From Octopus sinensis (lineage: Eukaryota): 64,000 bases of DNA. Position numbers and translations under genes: made by a program. Under the pieces are notes generated by a model that was given only the letters and a program-made list of their open reading frames with translations, searched no databases and was not told the DNA's origin. Positions 1 to 11,520 of this stretch are shown in pieces; positions within the stretch are counted from its first letter, which is position 1, and every line of letters starts with the position of its first letter. The stretch lies in the NCBI RefSeq assembly GCF_006345805.1, contig NC_043023.1, positions 5,518,001-5,582,000 on the forward strand, given 5' to 3'.

Positions 1-2154
1 ACTTCTCTGAAAATACAAGAAAAATAAAAAGGCCATGAGGAGATTTATGGGATGCCTAAACCAAAATTTTGCCTTTTCTTTATAGATTCTTGAAAGGATA
101 AAAAACAAAGTTGACCTTCACAGGATTTGAACTTGGCGTACTGAGGGAACCCACGTTCTACTATAGCCTCAGGCCGACCAAAGCCTTGTGAGTGGATTAG
201 GTAGACAGAAACTGAAAGAAGCCTGTCGTATATGTCTATATATATGTATGTGTGTGTATGTGTTTGTGTGTCTGTGTTTGTCTCTCTAGCGTTGCTTGAC
301 AACCGATGCTGGTGTGTTTACGTCCCCGTTACTTAGCGGTTCGGCAAAAGAGACCAATAGAATAAGTACTGGGCTTACAAAAGAATAAGTCCCGGGTCGA
401 TTTGCTCGACTAAAGGTGGTGTTCCAGCATGGCCTCAGTCAAATGACTGAAACAAGTAAAAGAGTAAAGAGTATATATATATATAGCAGCAACAACAACA
501 GCTATAATAGGCAGGACACCAATCCACGCATCCAAAGAAATACATTGGGTGCATGGGAACTTCCTTTAAGAAACATCTCTCCACCATAGATCCTCCTTCA
601 GAGGGTCATTTATTCACATTATTTTCAATTTGTCACCCATTTTAATAACAAATCCTGCATGACATTTTATTGGATCCAGATAATTTACCTCATTGTTTAT
701 CATTAAGGTAGGCCATGGTGGGATTTGAATTTGGAACATTAAAAAGAACTGCTGACTCTTATGCCACAACTTCCTCTCACTCTTTTCTCCCGCATCTTGC
801 AGCTCACCCGCGACAGACCGGTGTCCTGTCCAGGTGGGGAACCTATACGCCAAGAGACCGGAAAACCGGCCCTTATGAGCCAGGCATGGCTCGAGAAGGA
901 ACAAACATACATACTGGCCTCCCTTCTCCATGCCACTAATGTTATCCAAAGGAAAGGCAAAGGTCAATACAGCTTGGCGCCAGAGAAGTTGCATCTAATT
1001 TCTACAGCCGAGTGAACTGGAGCAATGTGAAATAAAGTGTCTTGCTCAACACAGCCCAGTCCAAGAATCGAACTCACTACCTCATGATTGCAAGCCTGAC
1101 ACTCTAACCACTGAGCCAAGCAATTTATTGCAGATAAATTTTAACAACACCTTATATGGACCTGGTTGAGAACCACTGAGTTAAGCAATAGGGTCCATAT
1201 AATTGATCTGCCCCCTTCCTGAAAATTTCAGGCCTCGTAACCAAAGTAGAAAAGATTATTTAGTTCTGCTTTTTAATGTTCCAAATTCAAATCCCTCCAT
1301 GGCCTACCTTAATGATAAACAATGAGGTAAATTATCTCGATCCAATAAAATGTCATGCAGGATTTGTTCCCTCAGTACGCCGAGTTCAAATCCTGCGAAG
1401 GTCAACTTTGTCTTTCATCCTTTCAAGAATCTATAAAGAAAAGGCAAAATTTTGGTTTAGGCATCCCATAAAACTCCTTATAGCTTTTTATTTTTCTTGT
1501 ATTTTCAGAGAAGTTTTTTACCAAGACCAAGTCTTCAGTTTGAGAGACACTTTCCCTCCCTTCTACCAATCTTGGAAACCTTATCTTTATATATAAAAGT
1601 GAAGTTGTGTGTCTGTCTCCTATGATTTAGATTCCTAACTACACCCACATTTTGCGGTGCAGTTTAACTAAAACTGGGTATCTTATAGTCGTGATTCATA
1701 TCGAGCCCTTCTGGGTATTAGTGCGTGTCTACGATTTTAAAAATAATTTACCATCAATTTTTCCCATTTTAATGCATTTTTTCGCTATTATATAAGGGAA
1801 GTAACTCTCTAAAAATGTCTACGACGAGTCAACGATATTTTAAAAAAATTTTCTTTTGCATAACTGTATGAATTCTTGTATGTAGAACACGAATTCATAA
1901 AAATTTTCTGAAAAACGTTAGAGGTTATATGGAGTGCTTAAACCAAAAATCTGCCTTTTTTTTGTGTTGACCCTCACCCAAAGAATGAATGGTAAAGTTG
2001 ACCTTGGCTGGATTTGAACACAAAGTATAGTGATTTGGACAAATACCGACCAGGATCTCATCCAATGCTCATCTCTAGTCATGGCCAAACTGCAGCCCAT
2101 GGGTCCTTCTGAATAGCACCCCTAATAAAAAATTACGTTCAATATATTAAATGT

Positions 2155-2445
2155 GGAGGCACAATGGCCCAGTTGTTAGGGCAGCGGACTCGCGGTCTGA
2201 GGATTGCGGTTTCGATTTCCAGACCGGGCGTTGTGTGTGTTTATTGAGCGAAAACACCTAAAAGTTCCACAAGACTCCGGCAGGGGGGGGGGGGGTGATT
2301 CCTGCTGTACTCTTTCACCACTCTTTCTTCTGTTGGCCTGCTCGCTTAGCCAGCTGGGTGGCGTCATTCGAAGGCTAAAGCAATGCGAACGCATTGTTAC
2401 CAGCGATGTGTAACAACATCTGATGGTCTAATCGGTCACGTGCTT
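2155..2445 (+). mobile_element. Third tRNA-headed SINE family (duplicate 29370-29655)
   Basis: ggaggcacaatggcccagttgttagggcagcggactcgcgg..ggtttcgatttcc: A/B boxes followed by a non-tRNA body. Confidence 0.65.
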
Positions 2446-2963
2446 ATGAAAAAAATCCTTGCCAACCATGACTAGCCTCACATTTTGAGGGAGGTGTTGG
2501 GGGTGGTCTTTTCTGTTTCACTTTCACTTTTCAATTCCAATGGTTTTGTTCTAGTTGATTTCAAATTGGTCTATTGATGTAATTTTGTATGCTAGTCATG
2601 GAAATGAAATCTATTTCTGCCTTAAATTAATAAAATGTAGGCATGTGTGGCTGTGTGGTAAGAAGCTTGCTTCCCAAACACATGGTTCCAGGTTCAGTTC
2701 CATTGTGTAGCACCTTGGGAAAGTGTCTCTACTATAGCCTCGGGCCAACTAAAGTCTTGTGAGTGGATTTGGTAGATGTAAACTGAAAGAATCCAGCTTG
2801 TATGTATGTATACACCACCTGTCTTCGTCTTTTGTTTTTTTCGTAAACTCTCCCTATATATATAAAAACGGTAAGATAATAAAAGAAAGAAAGAGACCTC
2901 GATATTATGTAAATAGAGGAATTCATCTGTAAATGTAATATGTGACAATTATTCAGTAGTCAA

Positions 2964-3024
2964 GATAAAACTCCAAGTTTCGGATGCCGAGGTGGAAATC
3001 CATGCCACTATCTCTTCAGTTATC
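2964..3024 (-). ncRNA. Minimal type I hammerhead ribozyme motif (Penelope pLTR type), core intact
   Basis: GATAA CTGAAGA [GATAGTGG..CCACCTCGGCATC-C] GAAA C TTGGA G TT TTATC: stem I GATAA/TTATC, CUGANGA and GAAA core, predicted cut after GUU. Confidence 0.65.
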
Positions 3025-3393
3025 CGGCCATCGGGAAAATGCTATGAAAAATGACCGTTACACAAAGGGAAATTACTGTGTTATTGACCGCTATTAAGAC
3101 AAAAGCACTATTCAAATGACTGCTAAATAAGGTTTGGGGATAAAAAGTTCATAGTATTCGCGTAAGCACACCCGTTTAGACCTACACATGTGCGCCCACA
3201 CACCCATGTCTGTATGCATACATTTATCCACCCTCACTAGAAAAACGTACTTCATCAAATGTATATGCATATACGTACAAACCCACACACACATGTGGTC
3301 ATTCGAATAGCACTTTTGTCTTAATAGCGGTCAATAACACAGTCATTTCCCTTTGTATAATGGTCATTTTTCATAGCGTTTTTTCGAAGGCCG

Positions 3394-3453
3394 GATAACT
3401 GAAGAGATGGTGGCATGGATTTCCACCTCGGCATCCGAAACTGGAGTTTTATC
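3394..3453 (+). ncRNA. Minimal hammerhead ribozyme motif, inverted partner of 2964-3024
   Basis: GATAA CTGAAGA GATGGTGG..CCACC..CATC C GAAA C TGGA G TT TTATC. Confidence 0.65.
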
Positions 3454-3846
3454 TCGGCTACCAAATAATTGTCACATATTACATTTACAGATATGTGGCT
3501 TTCTGCTGAAGGGCAACACCAGTCGTAAATAAATTTATTTTATTTACAAAAGATTGCCAAAACTATGCATAGTCCAGAAAGGAGAGGGTAAACGTTTTTA
3601 TTTCTCTTTCCATTTCAGAATTACAACTATTAGTGGTTTGGAGTTTAACTGCTCTTTCTAGTGAGTCGGATGTCCTATTATGGCCATCCCTTATATGTTT
3701 GAATATATATATATATATATATAGGGAAATGTGTTGTTGAAAATGCAGATAAATTCAAAAACACGTAATTGTTTAAAATACATTTATTTTCAACGATTAG
3801 AATTATTTACTTTAAAAAAATAAAATAATTTATTTAGAAAGGTTAA

Positions 3847-4066
3847 CCCTTTAGCGTTCGAATTAATATGTCATAAGTAATCCTTATTCATTTACATTTT
3901 AAAAAATTAATCTGGTATTATCTTGTAGCTTCAAGATTTGAAAGATGTAATTGTTTATTTTTAGAATGACATTGCAGGGTAAGTGTGAGATACTGGTTCC
4001 AGCCAGTTTGAGCATAAAATGAGTAGAATATTCGGGCCGGATATAGCCGGTTTAAACACTAAAGGG
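3847..4066. mobile_element. piggyBac-type MITE
   Basis: TTAA|CCCTTTAG...CTAAAGGG|TTAA. Confidence 0.75.
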
Positions 4067-4379
4067 TTAAACAACAATTTGGGAAGACAATAGTAGGATG
4101 GAATGTCGGAGTCGTGATCAGTGTGTAAGGACTGCTTCTTTGTTGATAGCCATTATGTTTACATGAAAGAACGATGGTTGAAGTGGTGAAGAAAACATTT
4201 ATCTACCGTTATGTTGAAAATTGGTTGGTGTTTTTTACGTGCCACCAGTACAGAAGCCAGCCAAGGTTGACTGTGGTACTGCTACGCCAGCCATTGGGTA
4301 TGACTCCATCATGAGCTACCTGGTTTACAATTTGGGTGACCAGACAATAGCCCACGCCACAAGATGTTTTAAGCATCTC

Positions 4380-4700
4380 AGCAGTGAATCCTGATGGCCT
4401 GATCTGATTTTTGATTTGTTAAAATACTAAATACTGGTGACTTTTTTCGGTGGTCAAGCTTGTCGTTCTGCTTGATTGGCTTCCCAGTGGAAGTTAAGCT
4501 AGTTTGACCTATGTAGTCCCCACCACATCCTCCACATTTGAGAACATAGATTAAGTTCTTCAAAGCACATTATGGTAAAAGTTTGACTTGACTTAAATTT
4601 GTATGTTGAGCCCTCAAAGAGTAAGATGCAAGTTCTACAGTTGGGGGCCGTTGTACTTTTTGACTTGTAATTTTTTTTCAAGTTCTTGGAGTCGCTTTTC
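4380..4700 (-). mobile_element. Penelope-like element GIY-YIG endonuclease fragment just downstream of the receptor stop codon (duplicate at about 31990-32300)
   Basis: PNCRTC..FKSSQTFTI..NLIYVLKCGGCGGDYIGQTS matches the PLE zinc motif and GIY-YIG signature; frameshifted. Confidence 0.75.
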
Positions 4701-4794
4701 TCAGGTTTTAGGGATTTGATGCCATCGTGCAAATTATGGGGCACAAAAGAAAAAGCACCAACCAATCCTTTCTTGCATGCTATACCAATTTTTT

Positions 4795-4937
4795 CTACAT
4801 TCTCCATAGGTTAATTGTGATGAGTGCAAAAAGGGTGAATCCAGCAAAGACGCCTATACAAAGGCTCTTTGCCACACGCTTGATATTGCTGTTACTTTCT
4901 GATGTCGCAACTTTAGAATCTTTTGTTGTTTCATTAT
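4795..4937 (-). CDS. Copy 1 stalk and transmembrane exon ending LWRM*
   Basis: DNETTKDSKVATSESNSNIKRVAKSLCIGVFAGFTLFALITINLWRM*; TAG where copy 2 has TCG. Confidence 0.75.
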
Positions 4938-5094
4938 CTGCAAAAAATGAACAGTAAAGCATATATTTTTTGCTTTTGATAAAAAAAAAATTGTAATATT
5001 TACCAGGATTTACTATTTTGCCACATACCGAAGTTTAGAAATAGCAGCCATAGAACCTTAGCTATTTCTTCTACTCTGGTATCGTTAGCTCGTC

Positions 5095-5560
5095 CATACA
5101 TTTGATTTTGCCTCTCTTCAAGACTAACACACCACATTTCCTCAGTCCGAACTCCATTCTGATATCAGCACTGAAGGTAAATACTGTATCAACAAGGGAA
5201 CTGACTTGGCTTCATAAAGTTTGAGGTCATCCATGAATAACAAATGGTTGACTTTTTGTTGGTGGCTTTCAAATACACACCCATCTTTTGCTTTCCTCAG
5301 AATCAGTGTTAGTGGTATCAAGCACAGTACAAAGATCAGTGGGGACAGACAGTCCATTTGGAAGATGCCCCTCCTGATATCTACTGTCTGTAAACTTCTT
5401 CCATATGCTATCAGGTTCGTCCTCCCATTTGCCATACTTTTTCCAAGCAATCGCTCAACATTTGATGCAACCCTTCTGCTCACATAGCAGGACTCCATTT
5501 TTTCTTTTCCAGATGTTTGTACATTGACTCTGCAAGTATTCCAGTCAATAATTTCCACAG

Positions 5561-5561
<1 letters not shown>
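5095..5561 (-). mobile_element. R4/Dong-clade LINE RT fragment next to (TAA)n (duplicate at about 32690-33146)
   Basis: LIAYGRSLQTVDIRRGIFQxDCLSPLIFVLCLIPL..NHLLFMDDLKLY..FSADIRMEFGLRKCGVLVLKRGK; abuts the TTA repeat at 5562-5606. Confidence 0.7.
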
Positions 5562-5607
<46 letters not shown>

Positions 5608-6008
5608 GGCGGTGAGCTGGTAGAATTGTTAGCACACTGGACAAGATGCATTTTGTCCATTGCTATGTTCCGAGTTCAAATTCTGCCGAGGTTAACTTTG
5701 CCTTTAATACTTTCAAGGTCAATAAAATAAGTACCAGTTGAACACTGGGGTCGATGTAATCAACTCATTCCTACCTCCCCTAAGCTGCTCTTGTGGAATA
5801 ATTTGAAATAAAAATACTAATTATAATCATTATTATTATGAACTTGAGGTTGTTTCCTGGCAGAATTGTTACTGCACCAGAAAATATATTCAATAGTACC
5901 AGCCAAATAGACTCAAATTGATGTAATCAAGGAACCTGAAACTGATGACCTTGTGCATGAATTAGAAAGAATTATTATTGTTATTATTAGCAGAAGTCAC
6001 TTCCTTAC

Positions 6009-6260
6009 CTTCTTTCCCAAGAGTAATAGTTGCATTACAGGAGTTCTTGTCATAGAATCTCCAAAACAAATCCCCTCTCGTTATATTCTCGATGTAGAGA
6101 GTAGAAGTTCTATGAATCTGCCTAACTACATATTTGCCACGATCGCAATATTTCTTATTGCACTCGATACTACGGACCCTATTTCTCCAGACCACAGGCC
6201 TTTCCATATAGGGCATATCTTTAACCTCAAGATCGATACTTTGTCCGAGCACAGGGTTTC
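6009..6260 (-). CDS. Copy 1 Ig-like domain 2 exon (252 nt, open)
   Basis: GNPVLGQSIDLEVKDMPYMERPVVWRNRVRSIECNKKYCDRGKYVVRQIHRTSTLYIENITRGDLFWRFYDKNSCNATITLGKE; AG/GT boundaries. Confidence 0.85.
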
Positions 6261-6575
6261 CTGCAATAAATATATGAATCATTATTATTGACTAGTTTCT
6301 CATATGAAAGATTTCAGGATTCATTTTTATCATCATCATTGTTTCAACACCTACTTTTACATATCTGGAATCAGAGTTTTCTTTATATAAAGATTTGAGA
6401 CACTTCCTCTCGTGATATCACAGGTGATTGTATAACAAAGAGCCAGGACATTAAATAATGACGGTCATGGTAGGTGAACTTCAAGTAAAATTGTATGAGT
6501 TAAGAGAAAAAAATAAAAAAACAGAACTGAAAAGATAGTGTCTAGTTTAAGATGAGAAAAAGGTACTCCACTTAC

Positions 6576-6617
6576 CTTTCAAAATACCTATTTTGTACTC
6601 TTTTTTACATTGCCAAC
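6576..6617 (-). CDS. Copy 1 42-nt micro-exon (WQCKKEYKIGILK)
   Basis: Identical to the copy 2 exon, AG/GT boundaries. Confidence 0.75.
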
Positions 6618-6885
6618 CTATTCAAATAGAAAACAAAAATATTTTCAGATTTTAAATTTTTGATTACTCTTTACTCTTTTACTTGTTTCAGTCATTTGAC
6701 TGCGGCCATGCTGGAGCACCGCCTTTATTCTTTGTAAGCCCAGTACTTATTCTATCGGTCTCTTTTGCCGAACCGCTAAGTAACGGGGACGTAAACACAC
6801 CAGCATCATGTGGTTGGTAAGCAAGCTACTTACCACACAGCCACTCCTGCGCCTATAACAAAGATTATTATTTTTTTTTACAAGA

Positions 6886-8215
6886 TCATCATCATCATTT
6901 AACATCTGCTTTTCATACAAGAATGGTTTGGAGGGATTGACCAGAGCTACCAAAGGGGGGAGCTGCACCAGGCCCCAATTGTCAGATTTAGCATGGTTTC
7001 TATAACTGGATGCCCTCCCTAACATAACCCCTTTACTGAGAGTGCTGGGTGCTTTCCTCTGGTGCCCAAACACATGGCATAGGCATGTGTGCTTTTTACA
7101 AGGTATCAGCACAGAACTCTTGCAGGCCAATCTTCTTCACCAGGGAGACTGCCATTAACACTTCTACTGTGGAGTATGAGGTCTTCTTAGGTCCATCGAT
7201 GGGCTAGGCATCTTGGTCTTACTGTCTGAAAGGTTCAGCATCCTGATGTAATCCTTCAGTACTTTGTTCCATGTCCTCCTGGCTATCCAACTTACATGTG
7301 TTCCACCTAATTTGAGAGATTGGCTCATCTTCATAGAGCTATCAGCATCCATCTGCATCACTTGCCCAAATCAGTGTTGTCTGCTTTCTTACACATTGCA
7401 TCTAATTCCTCTTATGCCTTACTTCTCTCTCAATACACTAGACTCTGTCAAACACGAACCCATACATTACACATCCAGCAGAGCATACTAGCCTCATACC
7501 TCTCTAACCTTCACATATCATCTGCATTAATGGACCACATCTCTTTACCATGTAGAATTGCTGTCCGTATACATGCATCATACAATCTTCCTTTCACTCA
7601 GAGAGAAAAACCAAGAGGTAACAGCTCCCTGAATTTCCTCAATCCTGTTCTTATTCTAGTTATTACACTCTCTCTGTATCCTCCCCCACAACTAATTTGG
7701 TCTCCTAGGTAGCAGAAATTATCCACTACCTCTAATGAGCCACTAGGGCATTTGAGAGAATCAATTTCCTGAGTCTCTCTAGTTTTTATGGATCTTTTAC
7801 ATCTTCCACATACAAACACTACTTTCAATGATTACCTGCCTATTATACCACTGCACTTCTTTTGCATCCATAGCAGACAGTGGGTACACCATATGGAGTT
7901 TCTGCCTACAAATTGGGCTGGGTCACCTACATGAAGAGTGTAGGGTCCTGTCTGTTTTCTTGCTTACTAAGCTCTTAGTCTTTGTTAAATTAACCTTAAG
8001 GTCCTTAGATTCTAGGCTTTGCATCCACATCTGGAATTTCTCTTCTAGCTCTGATATGGACTCTGCTACAGAGGCAAGATCATCAGCATATAATTTTTGT
8101 AGGGGTTGCTGGTCTTCAATTTCTCTGTTATGGCCTAGAGGACAATAACGAACCTTGATAAGCACCTACCTGTACACCAAATTCTTCACTGTACTCATGG
8201 TGAACTCATGTTGAC
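6886..8215 (-). mobile_element. 5'-truncated, decayed RTE-clade LINE (copy 1 intron only)
   Basis: LYADDL..LKVNLTKTK..VDNFCYLGDQISCGGG..RIRTGLRKFRELLPL; (GAT)n tail at 6886-6898. Confidence 0.8.
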
Positions 8216-9464
8216 AGAATTATCTGTTATATAAAATCCATTCTGTCTGTCTGTGTGTGTCTTCTTGGATCTCGGGCATCCTCCATCCGATTGCGCTCAA
8301 ATTTGATATGTAGATACCGACATAATCAGGGCTTCTATAAGTCTTGAAAATATTACAAAAATCGTTTCCAGGTGAGAATGCGATCGATAAAGCCATTTAT
8401 GTCCTGCTTTTCTTCCGTCAACCTGTACATAACTGCACCTTCAATTTTTTGTTGTTTTTGTACTGCTTAAAGGCACGTTTCTTTCCTGCCAAGCTTACTG
8501 TTTAAACCATGTTTGTGTTCTCCCAGTCAACAGCCTAATCATTACTGGTACTTTAAACTCTTCTGTTGCATATTTGTGTGAATAAAATCGCTTTTCTTTG
8601 GAATAGGAAAAAAAAGTCTATCTTTATTTCTTCTTTTGCTGGTGTCTCAAATTTAGGTTAAATCAGTGTTTCTCAAAGGGGAGGCCTATGGGACGGTCGG
8701 ACAAGTTGTTTTGAGAAAATTTGGTTTAAATGTTTGACAACTCAGCACCATCCATTGGACGGGGTGGGGGCGTTTTGCTTGTACATTATATAGTGACAGA
8801 AGGTATTGAAAATGTGATTATATGTTTGAACACTAAGACATCTGCTATTTTCATCATCATCATCATTCCAATACCCATTTAAATGGGTCATATAGAATAT
8901 GTTTAGGTGGACAATAACGAAAAGGGGTGGGCTGAGGACTGAGCCTTGTTGAGCACTTACCTGTACACCAGATTCTTAGTTATACCTGTGGGTAACTCAT
9001 GCAGACAGAGATATACATTAAATACAGTGACATAAGGCATTGAGGCTCTATGTTTAAACACCATTCTTTTACTTGTTTCAGTCATTTGACTGCGGCCATG
9101 CTGGAGCACCACCTTTAGTCGAACAAATCGACCCCAGGACTTATTCTTTGAAGCCTAGTACTTATTCTATCAGTCTCTTTTGCCGAACCGCTAAGTTACG
9201 AGGACATAAACACGCCAGCATCGGTTGCCAAGCGATGTTGTGGGGACAAACACAGACACACAAACACACACATACATATATACGACGGGATTCTTTCAGT
9301 TTCCATCCACCAAATCCATTCACAAGACTTTGGTCAGCCCAAAGCTATAGTAGAAGACACTTGCCCAAGGTGCCATGCAGTGGGACTGAACCTGGAACCA
9401 TGTGGTTTGTGCATGAATTAGAAAGAATTATTATTGTTATTATTAGCAGAAGTCATTTCCTTAC

Positions 9465-9713
9465 CTTCTTCCTTCAAAGAAACCCTTGCATAGCGATATT
9501 TCTTGTCGTGAAAGTCCAATCCACATCTGCCTGTGATATATTTTTTATCAAAATAGTGGATGTATTACCACTCTGCTGAACTTCTACTCTGCCAGATTTA
9601 TAACATGTTCTATCACATTGAAAGCTTTCATTCACATTTTTCCAGGTAACAGGTCGCTCCATGCTGGGTATTTCTTCAGTTTGAAGAGTCATTTCCTCCA
9701 AGTACAAAACTTC
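9465..9713 (-). pseudogene. Copy 1 Ig-like domain 1 exon, 249 nt, two frameshifting deletions
   Basis: GGAGGAAATGAC vs GGAGGAACCATGAC (-2) and TTTCACGAC vs TTTCCGCGAC (-1); the phase-1 reading gives GSFVLGGNDSSN*. Confidence 0.8.
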
Positions 9714-10057
9714 CTGAAATAAATATATATATATCAATATTACAGACTAGTTTCCCATATGAAAGATTTCAGGATTAACTTTTCATCATCATCATTCTCT
9801 CAACATCCATTTTTTCCATGCTTGGGATCAAAATTTTCTTTATATACAATTCAAAACTCTTCCTGACATAATATCTCTCTTTTACTCTTTACTCTTTTAC
9901 TTGTTTCAGTCATTTGACTGTGGCCATGCTGGAGCACCACCTTTAGTCATGCAAATCGACCCCAGGACTTATTCTTTGCCGAACCGCTAAGTTATGGGGA
10001 CGTAAACACACCAGCATCGGTTGTCAAGCGATGTTGGGGGGACAAACACAGACACAG

Positions 10058-10088
<31 letters not shown>

Positions 10089-10470
10089 CATATATACGAC
10101 AGGCTTCTTTCAGTTTCCGTCTACCAAATCCACTCACAAGGCTTTGGTCGGCCCAAGGCTGTACTAGAAGACACTTGCCCAAGGTGCCACGCAGTGGGAC
10201 TGAACCCGGAACCATGTGGTAGGTAAGCAAGCCACTTACCACACAGCCACTCCTGCGCCAGACTATTGTATCCCAGACTATTGTAGAACAAAGAGCCTGG
10301 AGATTAAATGATGATGGTTATGGTTGGATTTCAAATAAAATTGTTAAAAATTATGTTAATCAGGAAAATTTAAAAACAAAAACATGACTATAAACTGAGG
10401 GGAGAGAAAGAAATAAAAGAGAGAACTGAGAAGATAGTGTCCAGTTTAAAATGAGAAACAGGTTTCTTAC

Positions 10471-10509
10471 CTTTTTTAATGATTTTGTAGACTCTTTCAC
10501 ACTGCGAGC
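10471..10509 (-). CDS. Copy 1 39-nt micro-exon (SQCERVYKIIKK)
   Basis: AG/GT boundaries; one synonymous difference from copy 2. Confidence 0.75.
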
Positions 10510-11258
10510 CTAAAAGAGATGAAGACAAAAATATTTTCAAATTTTACATTTTTGAGTATTATTGTCGTCGTCATCGGCGTCATTTAATATCCGTTTTCCA
10601 TGCAGAAATGAGTTGGACAGTTTAACCAGAGTTGACAAGATGGAGAGCTGCACAAGGCTCCAGTGGGATTTAGCATGCTGGGTGCTTTTATTTGGCACCA
10701 CATGAGAGCCTGTTCATGGCACTGCCATGTGCTTTTTGTGTGGCAATGGCACAGAAATCTTGCAGGCCAATCTTCTTCAGCGGGGGAGTGACCTTAACAT
10801 ATCTGCTGTGGAGTACAGCTCTCTTGAGTACAGCAAGGCCCCAAGCATTTTGGTTGTTTGTCATCTTGTCTGAAAGGCAAGTGGGAGATGTAGGGTGTGG
10901 GACGTTGTCTCACAGTTGCTGACAGTAAACCTCATTTCTCCCTCTGACTAAGGTTCATGAAGTATTTATTTACCGTCACGTTACAATACCTTGCTTTGAC
11001 AGGCAGGTTATGATAAATCCAAAAGCATGCGAAGAAAAGTTTGTGTTCTCTTCATTGTTTAGTAGTAAATACAGAAAAAGATAGAATGATATTGTAAGAG
11101 AACAGAATTAGAGCTAGTGACAGTTGTAAGGTGTGGGATGTTGTCTCACAGTTGCTGACAGTAAACTTCATTTCTCCCTCTGACTAAGGTTCTAGCTGGT
11201 CAGCCAATACTGAAGGATTACCCACTAAAAAATAGAGCAAAAACAAATGAAAACTTAC

Positions 11259-11310
11259 CATAAAAAAATGTAAACAAGGCAAAGAAGAAGATGAATAGCT
11301 GACTGTCCAT
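11259..11310 (-). CDS. Copy 1 signal-peptide exon (MDSQLFIFFFALFTFFY-G)
   Basis: Same as copy 2 with one fewer TTC codon; donor G|GTAAGT. Confidence 0.8.
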
Positions 11311-11452
11311 AATCTGAAAAATAAATTTTAAAAAGAGTGAAAACTTGTTGTCTCAGTCCCATCAATGGGAGGAACTGATAATATTTTAGGTCTTATTTTA
11401 ACTCCTTTTATTTTCAGAATTTCAGTCCCAATGTCTTCTGATGTCACTTACT

Positions 11453-11520
11453 CTCTCCTCCATTTCCCAAAACACAAAATAACAAGAAACTATTCATGTC
11501 AGATGTCTACTTAACAATCA
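11453..11520 (-). other. Putative upstream (5' UTR) exon of copy 1; equivalent donor in copy 2 at 39946
   Basis: Donor AGA|GTAAGT at 11452 pairs with the acceptor tttttcag 3 nt before the ATG. Copy 1 alone has an in-frame upstream ATG (MEERI-MDSQ). The 5' boundary is unknown. Confidence 0.45.

Larger units (their letters stand above)
2927..3492. repeat. Foldback of about 190-bp inverted arms carrying the hammerheads (inverted Penelope pLTR pair); duplicate at about 30140-30702
   Basis: 2927-3119 is the reverse complement of 3299-3492, with a spacer of about 180 nt. Confidence 0.8.
4795..11310 (-). pseudogene. Copy 1 of the two-Ig-domain membrane protein gene; domain 1 exon frameshifted (pseudogene, or functional through exon skipping)
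   Basis: Exons 11310-11259, 10509-10471, 9713-9465, 6617-6576, 6260-6009, 4937-4795, with all splice sites intact. The domain 1 exon carries a 2-nt and a 1-nt deletion relative to copy 2, giving an early TGA. Confidence 0.75.

Noticed and set aside
614-1596. Repeated ORFs containing MFQIQIPPWPTLMINNEVNY
   Set aside because: They arise from SINE fragments and inverted duplications; no splice structure or recognisable protein
8900-9050. Apparent extra exon with a strong GTAAGT donor at about 8955-8960 (also about 35950)
   Set aside because: It matches the RTE LINE segment at 8160-8215, and no signal-peptide or Ig coding potential is evident; this supports a single two-domain gene rather than two one-domain genes
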